64,000 bases of DNA from Candidatus Bathyarchaeota archaeon (GCA_963733095.1 CAVTBV010000013.1:96001-160000); one strand, 5' to 3'. Positions 32,192 through 42,375 are shown, counted from the stretch's first letter. Notes: a model not told the origin generated them from the letters alone. Program-made: numbers and translations.

Positions 32192-32390
32192 TCTTTGTGA
32201 ACAGGAAACCGCTCTAATTCAAACCTTGCCATTTAACTCACTAATACACTCTTGTAGCGTGCTGTTTTAAAGGGTTTACGCATACTTGGGTTTATCCATC
32301 TTTTTGACCGTGATCGTGCTGATTTCAACTTGTAAGGTCCGAGGAGCCAATAGAAGCTCTTTACCCACAATAAGGACAATGAACATTTGG

Positions 32391-32488
32391 TGTTTCGCAT
32401 GTTCAAACTTTTAAGCAGCGGTTGCTAAAATAGTTGGGGAAATGTTTGAATAAAAAACCAATAACCGTCGCCGAAGCAGGAAGATTAG
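32391..32488 (+). repeat. Copy 2 of the ~100-bp promoter + micro-ORF start
   Basis: tgtttcgcatgttcaaacttttaagc...ggggaaatg...aaaaaaccaataaccgtcgccgaagcaggaagattag. Confidence 0.85.
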
Positions 32489-32538
32489 GCGGAAGAAAAA
32501 CAATTATGCAACAGCGAAAACGAAGATTTGTAAAATAG
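32446..32538 (+). CDS. 30-aa micro-ORF with a KGG/GsiB-like motif
   Basis: (M)NKKPITVAEAGRLGGRKTIMQQRKRRFVK*. Confidence 0.5.
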   Translation: MNKKPITVAEAGRLGGRKTIMQQRKRRFVK

Positions 32539-32878
32539 TATAAGATGTGGAAATTATTAATGCAGAGCTGCAATGCGGTTATTCCAATAAACTGGAACTA
32601 AAGTACATCAAGCAAGGCAAACAATTCAAGATTACTAATCAGGATTTAGTTTAAAATTCTATTTCGAGATGCAAACTTTGGGTGGCAACCAGCTTTCTGC
32701 TAAATGTTGAGGACTTAAGGTTTTGTATTATTATCCCAAAATGTGGGTGTATATTTTAATTTTGTACGATTTTTTGGCGTATACTGCAAAGTTATTTAAA
32801 CAAGAAGTTGACAGAAAAAGAATTGGCAAGAAGTATTTCCAAACTTTTAACCAAAATTAAAGGAAAGGAACTTCTTGA

Positions 32879-33167
32879 CGGCACCACTACAAGCGATGGC
32901 AGCGGCACGTTTGCTTTTACTTGGACACTTGACATATCTGGCGATTACACTGTAATAGCTAACTTTGCAGGCTCAGAAGCGTACTACCCATCCAATGCAG
33001 AAACACACTTCACTGCAAGCGAACCAGCAGCAACAGCATCACCGGCTCCAACCGCAACAGCATCAATGGCTGATCAATACTTTGTTCCCGCAATAGCAGG
33101 CCTATTTGTTCTAATCATCATAGTCCTCGCTCTATCAGTGCTGTCGATGCTTAGAAAGCGACCTTAA
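32879..33167 (+). pseudogene. 5'-truncated C-terminus of a surface protein (Ig-like segment, Pro/Thr linker, TM, RKRP)
   Basis: GTTTSDGSGTFAFTW...YTVIANFAGSEAYYPS...SMADQYFVPAIAGLFV...RKRP; composition changes abruptly near 32875 and there is no signal peptide. Confidence 0.7.
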
Positions 33168-33456
33168 GAATGTCTACAAAATAAAAACCATCTTTCCCCT
33201 TTTTTTTGTCTCGAGTACTAAGATATGTGGGCTGAATAGGTATGGCAAAAATACGAAATAGCCAAACTAAAAGAGCTTTGCATGCTCTTTTCTCCTTTAA
33301 GCCAGAGCCTCAGCAAATCCTTTCAGGTAAATTTGTTTTCTTTAAACGCATGCGCTTAGAAAGTGGCTTTGGATTAATTCATACTCGTTGCGTATAATGA
33401 CCAACTTTTACTTAAGATTAATTAAAGCCAAGGGGTGAATCAATTAATGAATAAAA

Positions 33457-34931
33457 ATGAGCAAGCAAACCCAACTTGCATTTATCGCTTTTCTTTCTTT
33501 TGTGCTTCTTAGCCCATTTATAGCTTCATATGTAAAAGCGCAAGATGACTTTTTCACTCTTGAGGCGGAGCAAAATTGGGATACCTATGGTGTTGGGGGC
33601 ACCTGCATTTATGGGACTCACAACATTTTTGTGGCAGATGTTAACGGTGATGGCATCATGGAAATAGTTACAGGCGGATTTACCTATAACACCGTAAACG
33701 GTTCTAGAACTGGAAGCGAAGCACCCCTAAAGGTATGGAATTGGGACGGATACAATGTTACACTTAAAGCAAGCGTTAAGTGGAATGGCTCAATCTCTTG
33801 TCTTTACGCTGCCGACTTAGATGGCGATAACATTGCAGAGGTAATTACTGCAGGATCATTTAGAAATGAAACGGGTATTAACACTTATTCTCTTAGAATT
33901 TGGAACATCAGAAACGGCGAATTGAACTTAGAAGCCCATTTTGAGGGCACAGCAATCAACTCGCTCTTTGTCAGCGACGTCGACAAAGACGGGACACCGG
34001 AAATTCTCTCAGTTGGACGGTTGCTCAATAACAATTTGAATACTTCCCAACTCAGCTTATGGACCTTCAAAGATAACACTCTAACTCTTGAAAAAAGCTT
34101 AGCTCTGGACTCAGCGAATGTAACAAGTGCTAATTCAGTGTATGCTTCAGACTTAGACAACGATGGCAACCAAGAAGTAATCATTGGGGGCTACTCTGAT
34201 AGCATAGCAAACAGCAAAGGGCAACTTAGCATTTGGCAATGGAACGGACAAGAATTTATCCTAAAAGCAAACAAAACATGGCAACTATCTGGAGGCACTG
34301 CAAAGACTATTGCCGGTGGCACTCAAGGAAACACAGCTGTTTATAATTTGAAAGCCGGGGACTTGGATGGCGATGGCTACAAGGAAATTGCTACTGGTGG
34401 CTTTGCTTATGATGGCGAAAAAGTCAATGCTCAACTGAAAATTTGGAGTTGGGATGGAAGCGCTTTAACGGAAAAAGCAAGTCATGAGTGGGCAACTGAT
34501 TATCTGACAGAAGTGAAATGTTTGTCGCTAAATGATGTTGACAATGATGGAAAAATGGATGTTGTTGAGAGCGGTATAGTGGCGGCTCAAGGGAGTTTTA
34601 AAAACAGCGAAAGCATTCATGACAGAGCTCAATTGAGAGTTTATGGTTGGGATGGAACAACGCTGACTTTAAAACAGAGCAAAGATTGGTCTTTCGATGA
34701 AGGAGCATGCGCATGGAACGTAGCTAACGGTGACGTAGACAAAGATGGTTTTGTAGAGATAATAACTGTTGGCTGCACGGCTTTAAATGAGCAATGCGAT
34801 CCAGATATGCGTATCTGGTCACTGACAAGCGTAGACACGACCCGAATTATCTGCCATATGTTCTTGCAGGAGTATTAATAGCAACAACTGCTTTTTCAAT
34901 TCTTGTTGTCTTTACCAGAAAGAAAAAATAG
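33457..34931 (+). CDS. Secreted FG-GAP/VCBS-repeat beta-propeller protein, TM anchor frameshifted
   Basis: Signal peptide and seven D(V/L)(D/N)xDGxx(E/D)(I/V) repeats. The ORF stops at 34878, but another frame gives DPNYLPYVLAGVLIATTAFSILVVFTRKKK* ending at 34931. Confidence 0.8.
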
Positions 34932-35080
34932 CACCAGTCTAATAGCAGCTCGCTTATTGTCGATGGTGATTCTAATGATCACTGATCCTTTCTATTTTCC
35001 TAGAATAGGTATTTATTGCCATTTTCTCCTGGATTTCGGATAATGGTGACTTTCCTTATCGCTACGCGGTCCATGCTTGC

Positions 35081-35100
35081 GCGGTTTGAAACCCTCGATT
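35081..35100. repeat. Internal att-like half-site
   Basis: gcggttt-GAAACC-ctcgatt; its left arm is the exact reverse complement of the aaaccgc arm at both island ends. Confidence 0.55.
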
Positions 35101-35405
35101 GTAAAATCTAACGTTTGCTCCAAATAATTAGCCCCAAAATACAATAAATGCAAAATAAAAAAAGGGAAGAAGTTGCGTAGAGAATGGTGACATCACCATT
35201 GAAAACGGTTGCGAAATAATCTCTTGTACTATAAACGCTCGGATTCAGTTACGCTAGTTAAGGTTTAATTACACGATATAGTAACTCCAAGTTTTTTCGA
35301 TTAGTTTTTTAATGCTAAATCTGCTATCTAATTGGGATGGTAGGTTGTAGGCAACCAAGCTTTCTAATTGGTGCAACAGCTCACAAAAAGCAATTGGCGA
35401 TTAAA

Positions 35406-36286
35406 ATGTCCCTACAAGCAACTGTTAGATTCGTGAAGTGTCAAAATGCTATTTACCCAGAATTCGGTAAACTATCTAAATTGAATTTCGTCCAATGCCC
35501 AAAATGCAATACCAAATTTAATTTGTTTGGGATCTATAGAGCACTTTATGAGACTAATCCTTTATGCGCCAGAATAGTTGACGTAGCAACAAAACATACT
35601 GATACTGAAATATTCATAACTGGTGGTGAGGAAAGGGATGTAGAAGCGGTTATCCAAGTTTTGGACACAAATAATTTTCAATCCCTAAAGAGTGAAAATA
35701 TCATGACATGATTCTTTACGGAAATTCTTTCATAGCTAAGCAATCAACTGGCTTATCACTAAGACTACAAAGGCTTGAGCCTGAGGACTTAGCCTTCACA
35801 ATAGATTTTGTTCAAGAACATCCCGCTATATCCTTTAGAGAAAAAATGACAGAATTGAAGGACTTAAAAACATCAATAACCTACTTAGCTAACGATATTC
35901 TGCACTTCAAGGTATCGGATTCAGGTTACGAACCATTTGGCTCCTCGATACTGGGTATGTGGTTGCATGACTGGTATTTTTTGGGGGCTTGGGAAGGTAC
36001 TGTGCCATTGCTTAATACAAAAAACCCTGAAGAGAACGCAATCAAAGAATTATGGGGATTAAAACAATCACTTGTAATCGGAGCAGCAAGAGTTCCATAT
36101 GAGCTAATATTTCCCTGGCTAAGAACTCGGTCCCAACAAATCTTATGGGATATGTTCACTGATGACATTGAGTCAAGAAGAAACAAACTGAAGCGGTTAA
36201 CTCGAAGGAAGCTATTTCCAAGAATACTAAATAAAACATATGATGATAATACTACTCCAGATCTAGCTTTTTTGGGTAACGGGTAA
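35406..36286 (+). pseudogene. Truncated phage-portal-like protein with N-terminal Zn-ribbon-like motif, split by one frameshift near 35698
   Basis: YRALYETNPLCARIVD, DMILYGNSFI, LQRLEP and DILHFKVSDSGYEPFGSSIL resemble the N-terminal half of portal proteins. One extra A in gaaaatat joins the two ORFs. Confidence 0.6.
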
Positions 36287-36371
36287 TATGTTCCCCAATT
36301 ATTTCGGGAAGCTAAGGGGGTTTAAAAAAAGAAAAGGGGTTGTGTGCGGATTGGAGTAATCACCATTTAAA

Positions 36372-36392
36372 TCCGTTTGAAACCAAACCGCT
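36372..36392. repeat. Right att-like site
   Basis: tccgttt-GAAACC-aaaccgct. Confidence 0.65.
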
Positions 36393-36450
36393 AAATCTAT
36401 GCCCTCCTAATGGTCTATTTGCCTAGGATAGGGAAAAGCGGGCTGACTCG

Positions 36451-37179
36451 ATGACTAACGTTTTTGATGAAATGAGCGTTTTCTGGGCAGAGATAGCGGA
36501 CAAAAGCCAAACACAAAGGCAACTGCAATTCCTAAAAAAACACCTCATCTCCAACGGATACGTTTTGGACCTTGCCTGTGGAACGGGAAGGCACTCGATT
36601 CCTCTAACCCAGCAAGGTTACGCGATGGTAGGCATGGATGTTTCCGCGAACCTTCTCAAGATAGCCAAGAAGCGGTGGAGCAAGCTTGAGGTTGTTAGGG
36701 GGGATATGCGGTTTTTGCCCTTCAAAGCCCATGCGTTTGCAGTTGTCATAAGCATGGACACAAGTTTTGGGTACTTGCCCTCAGAGAAAGATGACTTAGT
36801 TAGTCTTACTGAAATTCACAGAACAATGAGTAAGAACGGCGTCATGGTTTTGGACGTTTTCAACAGAGAAGAATTAGCCCACAAATACTCCAAAGAAAAC
36901 AATTCTTCAAAATGGAAAGAATACCCCAGTTTTCTCCTACAACAAAAAAGAACTGTAAGCCAAAGGAGCGATTGGCTTTGTGATTTTTGGACTATTCGGG
37001 ATAAGGCAAGTGGACGATTGACAGCTTTCGAGCATTCAGTACGCTTGTATGAGAAGGGTGAGTTACAGGGTTTGGTTGAGAAATCGGGTTTTTTGGTTAA
37101 TCAGGTTTTTGGGGGTTACGAAGAGGAGACCTTTAGCGTTAATTCTCTGCGGCTCATCTTGATGGCTCGTTCAGAGTGA
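36451..37179 (+). CDS. Class I SAM-dependent methyltransferase
   Basis: VLDLACGTGRH, GDMR and TSFGY motifs. Confidence 0.9.
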   Translation: MTNVFDEMSVFWAEIADKSQTQRQLQFLKKHLISNGYVLDLACGTGRHSIPLTQQGYAMVGMDVSANLLKIAKKRWSKLEVVRGDMRFLPFKAHAFAVVISMDTSFGYLPSEKDDLVSLTEIHRTMSKNGVMVLDVFNREELAHKYSKENNSSKWKEYPSFLLQQKRTVSQRSDWLCDFWTIRDKASGRLTAFEHSVRLYEKGELQGLVEKSGFLVNQVFGGYEEETFSVNSLRLILMARSE

Positions 37180-37281
37180 TTTTTCTGTTTTTGTAACTCT
37201 AAGGATGAATGTTTAGTGTTAGCACATAAAAGTTATAAGCTCCCACAAAGAAAGTTTGAATGATACAGAAAGTGACGAAGG

Positions 37282-38274
37282 ATGAATGCTTGGAAACTTA
37301 GGGTTTCTATGGCTGCAACCTTGGCAGCAATCTTTGGCTTAACCACGTTAGTTTTCGCAGTAGTTTTAACCTGGGTTGGATTCGGCTTAAGCATCTACGC
37401 TATAGGGATATTTGTGGTAGTTCTTAACATTGCTCAATGGCTATTGTCACCCTACCTTGTGGGCTGGATCTACAAAGTTAAAGAAATGCCCCAAAACGAA
37501 AACCTCCAAGTGCACCAGATGGTCTCTGATTTGAGCCGAAAAAGCGGTATATCCACACCAAAACTTATGCTCTCACGAATGCCACTTCCAAACGCATTCG
37601 CCTACGGTTCACCCCTCACGGGAAGCCGTGTTGCAGTAACTCAGGGACTTTTGCAGCACCTTGACAACGGAGAAGTCGAAGCGGTTATCGGTCACGAACT
37701 TGGACACCTAAAACACCGCGACGTACAAGTGATGATGGTTGTTTCGTTCTTGCCCGCATTGTTCTACTACATTGGTTACTCGCTTATGCTCTCAGGCATC
37801 TTTGGCGGCGGAGACCGCAAAAACAGCGGTGGCGGAAACAATGCTTTATTCGGCATCGCCTTCATGGCTTTCTCATGGGTCCTAACCCTCTTTACCCTAT
37901 ACCTTAGCCGCCTACGAGAATACTATGCTGACAGACACAGCGCCACAATAGTTGAAAACGGCGCAACAAAACTGTCCACCGGCCTAGTAACAATCGTGCA
38001 GCAAAGCAAAAATCCAACTAAACAACAAAAAGATCAACAGAAAAGCACCAGCTCCTTCAAAGCCCTTTTCATCGCCGACCCTGAACGTGCAACCGCAGAC
38101 GCAGCAGAACTAAACGCTAATCGAGTAGCAAACAAAGAAGACCTGTTACGCGATACTCTCGCCAAAAAACCCACTTCAGTCGACAAGTTCGCCGAAATCT
38201 TCTCCACCCACCCTAACATAATCAAGCGGTTGCGGGCACTTCAGGAAATCAGCCAAAACCCACCAAATGCATAG
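37282..38274 (+). CDS. htpX: HtpX-family M48 zinc metalloprotease
   Basis: PNAFAYG, HELGH, SRLREYYAD and FSTHP motifs. Confidence 0.93.
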   Translation: MNAWKLRVSMAATLAAIFGLTTLVFAVVLTWVGFGLSIYAIGIFVVVLNIAQWLLSPYLVGWIYKVKEMPQNENLQVHQMVSDLSRKSGISTPKLMLSRMPLPNAFAYGSPLTGSRVAVTQGLLQHLDNGEVEAVIGHELGHLKHRDVQVMMVVSFLPALFYYIGYSLMLSGIFGGGDRKNSGGGNNALFGIAFMAFSWVLTLFTLYLSRLREYYADRHSATIVENGATKLSTGLVTIVQQSKNPTKQQKDQQKSTSSFKALFIADPERATADAAELNANRVANKEDLLRDTLAKKPTSVDKFAEIFSTHPNIIKRLRALQEISQNPPNA

Positions 38275-38898
38275 TTAAAAAATTAAATCTTGGCTTCTAT
38301 TGTTCAGAAATGGGTTTCTTCTTTTTTCTTCTCGAATTATCGATGCCTCGCCGTGGCCTGGGTAAACCAACAAGTTTTCCGGCAGATTGGTAAGTTTTTT
38401 TAATGAAAGTCTCATGTCTTTCATTGATCCGCCGGGAAAGTCTGTTCTGCCAATACTGCCCGCAAATAAGGTGTCACCCGTGAAAACTATTCTTTCTCCG
38501 ACCAGACATATGCTGCCGGGAGTGTGCCCTGGCGTATGTATTACTTTGAGGGTTTCACCGCCAAACTCGACTAAGCTGCCCTCTTCCAGCATGATGTTAG
38601 CTGGAGAAGCGCCTTTTTCTGCTGTTTCGATGAAATGGGCGTCAAGTGGGTGGATGCAGATTGGAACGTTGAATTTCTCCTGGAACAATGTGTTTGCCTT
38701 GATGTGGTCATCGTGTCCGTGTGTATTCACGATAAACTTTACTTTTAACTTCCCGTTTGTCACATAGTCGAAGATTGATTTGGCTTCGCCTGAAAAGTCC
38801 AGTCCGGGGTCCATTAGGATGGCTTCTTTTGTTTCTTTGGAGCTTGCGAGGTAACAGTTGGTTGATAGCATGCCAACCGTGAAGGTTTCAATAAGCAT
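38275..38898 (-). CDS. MBL-fold metallo-hydrolase (glyoxalase II-like)
   Basis: THGHDDH, HTPGHTPG, FTGDTLF and PGHG motifs. Confidence 0.92.
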   Translation of the reverse strand: MLIETFTVGMLSTNCYLASSKETKEAILMDPGLDFSGEAKSIFDYVTNGKLKVKFIVNTHGHDDHIKANTLFQEKFNVPICIHPLDAHFIETAEKGASPANIMLEEGSLVEFGGETLKVIHTPGHTPGSICLVGERIVFTGDTLFAGSIGRTDFPGGSMKDMRLSLKKLTNLPENLLVYPGHGEASIIREEKRRNPFLNNRSQDLIF

Positions 38899-38984
38899 AC
38901 GAATCTAAGATGCAAACGTGTTTAGGTGAAATAAAGATTCGCTTTGATATGAAACAAAAAACTTAGTTTTAAGAAACTAAAGTA

Positions 38985-39233
38985 CTAGTCTTCTGCGCCT
39001 TGTTGGAACCCAGTCACTTTTATCTTGCTCCCGCATCTACCGCAGCTTACGACTATTTCCGCAACTTCGTCATGTTCAACTTTGATGTCTAAGATTTGGT
39101 AGTTCTCTTCAGACTCGTCATCAGGCGAAATCGAGAGTCCGCATTTTGGGCATGGAAATGAACCGTCGCCTTCGATGGCAGCCAAGTCTATTTTGTAGGC
39201 CGTAGCTTTTTTGTCCAGCTTTTTCATCATCAT
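38985..39233 (-). CDS. Small Zn-ribbon hypothetical protein
   Basis: CPKC...ISPDDESE...CGRC. Confidence 0.7.
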   Translation of the reverse strand: MMMKKLDKKATAYKIDLAAIEGDGSFPCPKCGLSISPDDESEENYQILDIKVEHDEVAEIVVSCGRCGSKIKVTGFQQGAED

Positions 39234-39375
39234 ATTATTTCACTCTTAATTTTTTAGATTTTCATTGACCGTTTTTATTAATTAACGATTATGAATTTCT
39301 ATTCCATATGTGGCATCCATTTAAAAGGTTGACGCAAAAAAAGGAAAAAATAACTGATTTATTCACGACTTTTGT

Positions 39376-41271
39376 TTACCCCTCTGCTTGCTTTTCAAAG
39401 TTTTCAGGTGAAATATAGTCGCCATAATTCTCTTTTGCTTCCAGCAATCGTTGGCGCTGCATATAGAGTAAACCGAACATTTCCAGCGGTGTATCAGTGA
39501 CGTTTTCTTGGTAGAATCTTTGGACACGTTCAATTTTCGCCAGGTTTTCTGGGACACGTATGGTGAATTGTTTGATGTAGTCTTCTTTAGCGTAGTTCTT
39601 GTTTAGCACTTGTTTGAAGAGTTTTTTGAGGTCTTCGTATTTAGGTATGTATCCAGTTGGCGTTTTTAGGGCGCCGACTTCTTTGTGGACTCGCAGTTCC
39701 ATCCATTTTATCCAAACGTGCTTGTCTTGGGGACTGTTGAGGTATTGGTCGTTACCTGTTTCTTTGAGGAAGTAGTTGACACCGAATACTATGGGTTGCT
39801 TTTTGAGTTTTCGCCCGAACTCCAAGTTGTTGTTGACGTTTTTGCCCATTGGAATCGAGATGAAGTCTTGGATGCTCATCATGTTGATTTCTGGAACACC
39901 CTCTTTGCCGATGGTTGCGAATGTGGTTTCTGTTTCCAAGGATGCGCCGTATGCGACTATGCCGTGGTCCCAGCTGAAGCTTTGTTGAACAGGCACATAA
40001 GCCTTAGTGTCGCGTCCGCCGTACATGATGCCGCCTAATTCTACTCCGTTAGGGTTATTAAGTTCTGGATCGACGTTTTCGAGCGCTTTTAGTGCGACTG
40101 CGTAACGAGCGTTTTTGTTTGCTGCTGGAACGTCGTTGTCGTTTTCATCTTTTTTGCCTTCGAACCATGTTCCACTGTAGTTGCAACCGTCTTTAGGCAG
40201 TTCATGTCCCATGCCCAGCCAGTAAGGTTTGCCATCCTTCACCAGAATGTTGGAGAATATAATTTCTCCTGGATTTGTCAGTACTTTCCAGATTAGTGCG
40301 TCATCTCTTGGGTTTACGTCTTGTATTATGCCGAAGATTCCTGATTCTACGTTTACTGCGCGGGCCGCTGAGTCCATATCTCGGATGTATGCGATGTCGT
40401 CGCCAAGAATTGTTTCGCCTGGAAGCATAGCTGTTGAGGTTTTGCCGCATGCACTTGGGAACGCGCCTGCGAAGTAGGTTTTGCGTCCATTTGGTCCAAA
40501 GACGCCCATGAGCAACATATGCTCAGCTAACCATCCTTCACTGCTGGCTTTGCGTATTGCCAGGCGGAAGGCGAGTTTTTTGAAGCCTACGCTGTTGCCT
40601 GCGTATTGTGTGTTGACGCTGTAGATTGTGTTGTCCATATGGTCGATGTATATACGTTTTTTAGCGTAGTCTACGCTGACCATGTCACTGTTGAGGTTTC
40701 CAGCAGAATGCAAAACACGTAAGAAGTCGCTTTTTGTTCCTGCTTTAACGAATTGCTCATAACCAGGCCTGTAAAGTAACGATTCAGAATGTGCAACATA
40801 CCAAGAATCGGTGCACTGCAAACCTAATATCGTGAATACTGAATCAGCAGGTCCAAGAGAAATGAAGCGAACAATCATTGTTTTGCCAACCATTGAGCCA
40901 CGAAGCAACCCCATAACTTCAATGAGGCCTTCTTGGCGATCCATTTGGTTGAGTGCTTTGCTTAGTGTGAGGCCTTTGGGAACCAGGTATTTGGTGGCTT
41001 GGCGGTCGCGTCCTTGGTCTTGTTCGCCGTCAAAGTGTACAGTGTGCCCTGGTACAGTAAGTATGGCTTGTTCTTCATTAGTGGCGATTGCTTGTTTTCG
41101 TACGTAAGCTATGTCTTCGGCTGAGTCGCTGCAGATGAAGATTTTTTCAGGGTGACACAGGTCGCTTTCTTTAGCGATGAACTCGTGGATGTTTGGGTTG
41201 TCTATGGCGCTTAGTTTTTGGAAATCTGTGGCGCTGAGTTTTGATTGTAATGTTTCAAGATATGGATTCAT
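39376..41271 (-). CDS. pckG: Phosphoenolpyruvate carboxykinase (GTP)
   Basis: YAGNSVGFKK, WLAEHM, FPSACGKT, GDDI and YGGRD motifs. Confidence 0.93.
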   Translation of the reverse strand: MNPYLETLQSKLSATDFQKLSAIDNPNIHEFIAKESDLCHPEKIFICSDSAEDIAYVRKQAIATNEEQAILTVPGHTVHFDGEQDQGRDRQATKYLVPKGLTLSKALNQMDRQEGLIEVMGLLRGSMVGKTMIVRFISLGPADSVFTILGLQCTDSWYVAHSESLLYRPGYEQFVKAGTKSDFLRVLHSAGNLNSDMVSVDYAKKRIYIDHMDNTIYSVNTQYAGNSVGFKKLAFRLAIRKASSEGWLAEHMLLMGVFGPNGRKTYFAGAFPSACGKTSTAMLPGETILGDDIAYIRDMDSAARAVNVESGIFGIIQDVNPRDDALIWKVLTNPGEIIFSNILVKDGKPYWLGMGHELPKDGCNYSGTWFEGKKDENDNDVPAANKNARYAVALKALENVDPELNNPNGVELGGIMYGGRDTKAYVPVQQSFSWDHGIVAYGASLETETTFATIGKEGVPEINMMSIQDFISIPMGKNVNNNLEFGRKLKKQPIVFGVNYFLKETGNDQYLNSPQDKHVWIKWMELRVHKEVGALKTPTGYIPKYEDLKKLFKQVLNKNYAKEDYIKQFTIRVPENLAKIERVQRFYQENVTDTPLEMFGLLYMQRQRLLEAKENYGDYISPENFEKQAEG

Positions 41272-41285
41272 TGTCTTTAACATCC

Positions 41286-42251
41286 TTAAAGTTCGTTTAC
41301 TGTTCCGGGGATTCTTGGGAACGGTTGGCATTCGCCGATGTGTTTGACGCCTGCAAGCCATCCGACTAAGCGTTCCATGCCTATGCCTCCGCCTGCAGTG
41401 GGTTTGAGTTTGCCTTCTTTGGCCATTTTCAGCACTAGGGCATAGTTTTCTTTTTTGACTTGGTCGCGCTCAATTTTTGTGAGGATTTTTGTGTATTCGT
41501 ATTCGCGTCTGGCGCCTGAGAGGACTTCGCCGAATTGCGGTAGGAACAGGTCGTAGTTGTCCCATTTGCCTGTCTTGAAATCTTCAAAGTCATAGAATTC
41601 TCTTGGTATGTTTGTTACCCAAACAGGCTCGGATGTTTCTTGGGATATGCCTGCTTCCCAGTCTGCGCCGTATTTGGCTTCAAGGTCTACGCGGTCATAG
41701 ATTTTGAATGGTGTCTTAGGCGCTGAAAGAGTGTCACAGCGGCAAAGAGTGGTTAATTCACCTTTCATATCCTTCTTTAAGTTCTCAACGAGGATGACGA
41801 TTGCTTCTTCGACCAAAGCAAAAACGTCTTTAGAAGAGGCACCTTGAGCTTCAAAGTCTAGTTGGGTAAACTCGTAGATGTGTCTGCCCGTTTTGGCGCG
41901 TTCAGCTTTTTCGATGCGGATGTTGGGTGAGAGAATGAAGAGTTTGGGGTAGGCGGTTGAAGCGGCGACGAGTTTGTGGATGATCATGCTGGCTGTGGTG
42001 CGGACTGGTTTGCCATAGATGTCGACTTCGATTCTTTTTTCTATAGATGCACCTGGGTCTGGCCAGAGTGGGTCGGTGCTTTGACTTAATGCTACGGGCA
42101 GTAGCCATTGGAAGCCTTTGTTTACAAAGGTGTTTGAGAGACTTTTTAGTGTGTAAGTCATGATTTTGCCTATGCATGCTTTTCTTTCTATTTCTGTTGC
42201 CGTCAGTTGTTCCAACGGTTTGGGGATTTCTATTGATTCTTGTTTGGACAT
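41286..42251 (-). CDS. asnA: Archaeal asparagine synthetase A (AsnRS-like, no anticodon domain)
   Basis: STDPLWPD, SPNIRIE, HIYEFTQLDFE, GEVLSGARRE, GGGIGMERL and PFPR motifs. Confidence 0.88.
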   Translation of the reverse strand: MSKQESIEIPKPLEQLTATEIERKACIGKIMTYTLKSLSNTFVNKGFQWLLPVALSQSTDPLWPDPGASIEKRIEVDIYGKPVRTTASMIIHKLVAASTAYPKLFILSPNIRIEKAERAKTGRHIYEFTQLDFEAQGASSKDVFALVEEAIVILVENLKKDMKGELTTLCRCDTLSAPKTPFKIYDRVDLEAKYGADWEAGISQETSEPVWVTNIPREFYDFEDFKTGKWDNYDLFLPQFGEVLSGARREYEYTKILTKIERDQVKKENYALVLKMAKEGKLKPTAGGGIGMERLVGWLAGVKHIGECQPFPRIPGTVNEL

Positions 42252-42375
42252 TTTGGTCACTGTGAACTTGTTTTTATGTACTTTGTACAGGGTGGGTAAT
42301 AAATTTTCTACAACTAAACATGGATAATTTACAATTAATATAGGCTTTTATACTTGAAACCTGTAATAATTACAT

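Larger units (their letters stand above)
28936..36392. mobile_element. Composite integrated island of virus/plasmid-like relics; no integrase seen
   Basis: GAAACCAAACCGCT at 28936-28949 and 36379-36392; AT-rich interior; short orphan Zn-finger ORFs; portal-like gene; housekeeping genes on both sides. Confidence 0.7.

Noticed and set aside
32808-32878. N-terminus of the 119-aa ORF as a real protein start
   Set aside because: It is AT-rich island sequence that happens to be in frame with a truncated surface-protein tail and has no signal peptide.
28936-36392. Complete provirus or classical integron
   Set aside because: No integrase, terminase, capsid or replication gene is recognisable, and the sites lack attC R-box/L-box structure.
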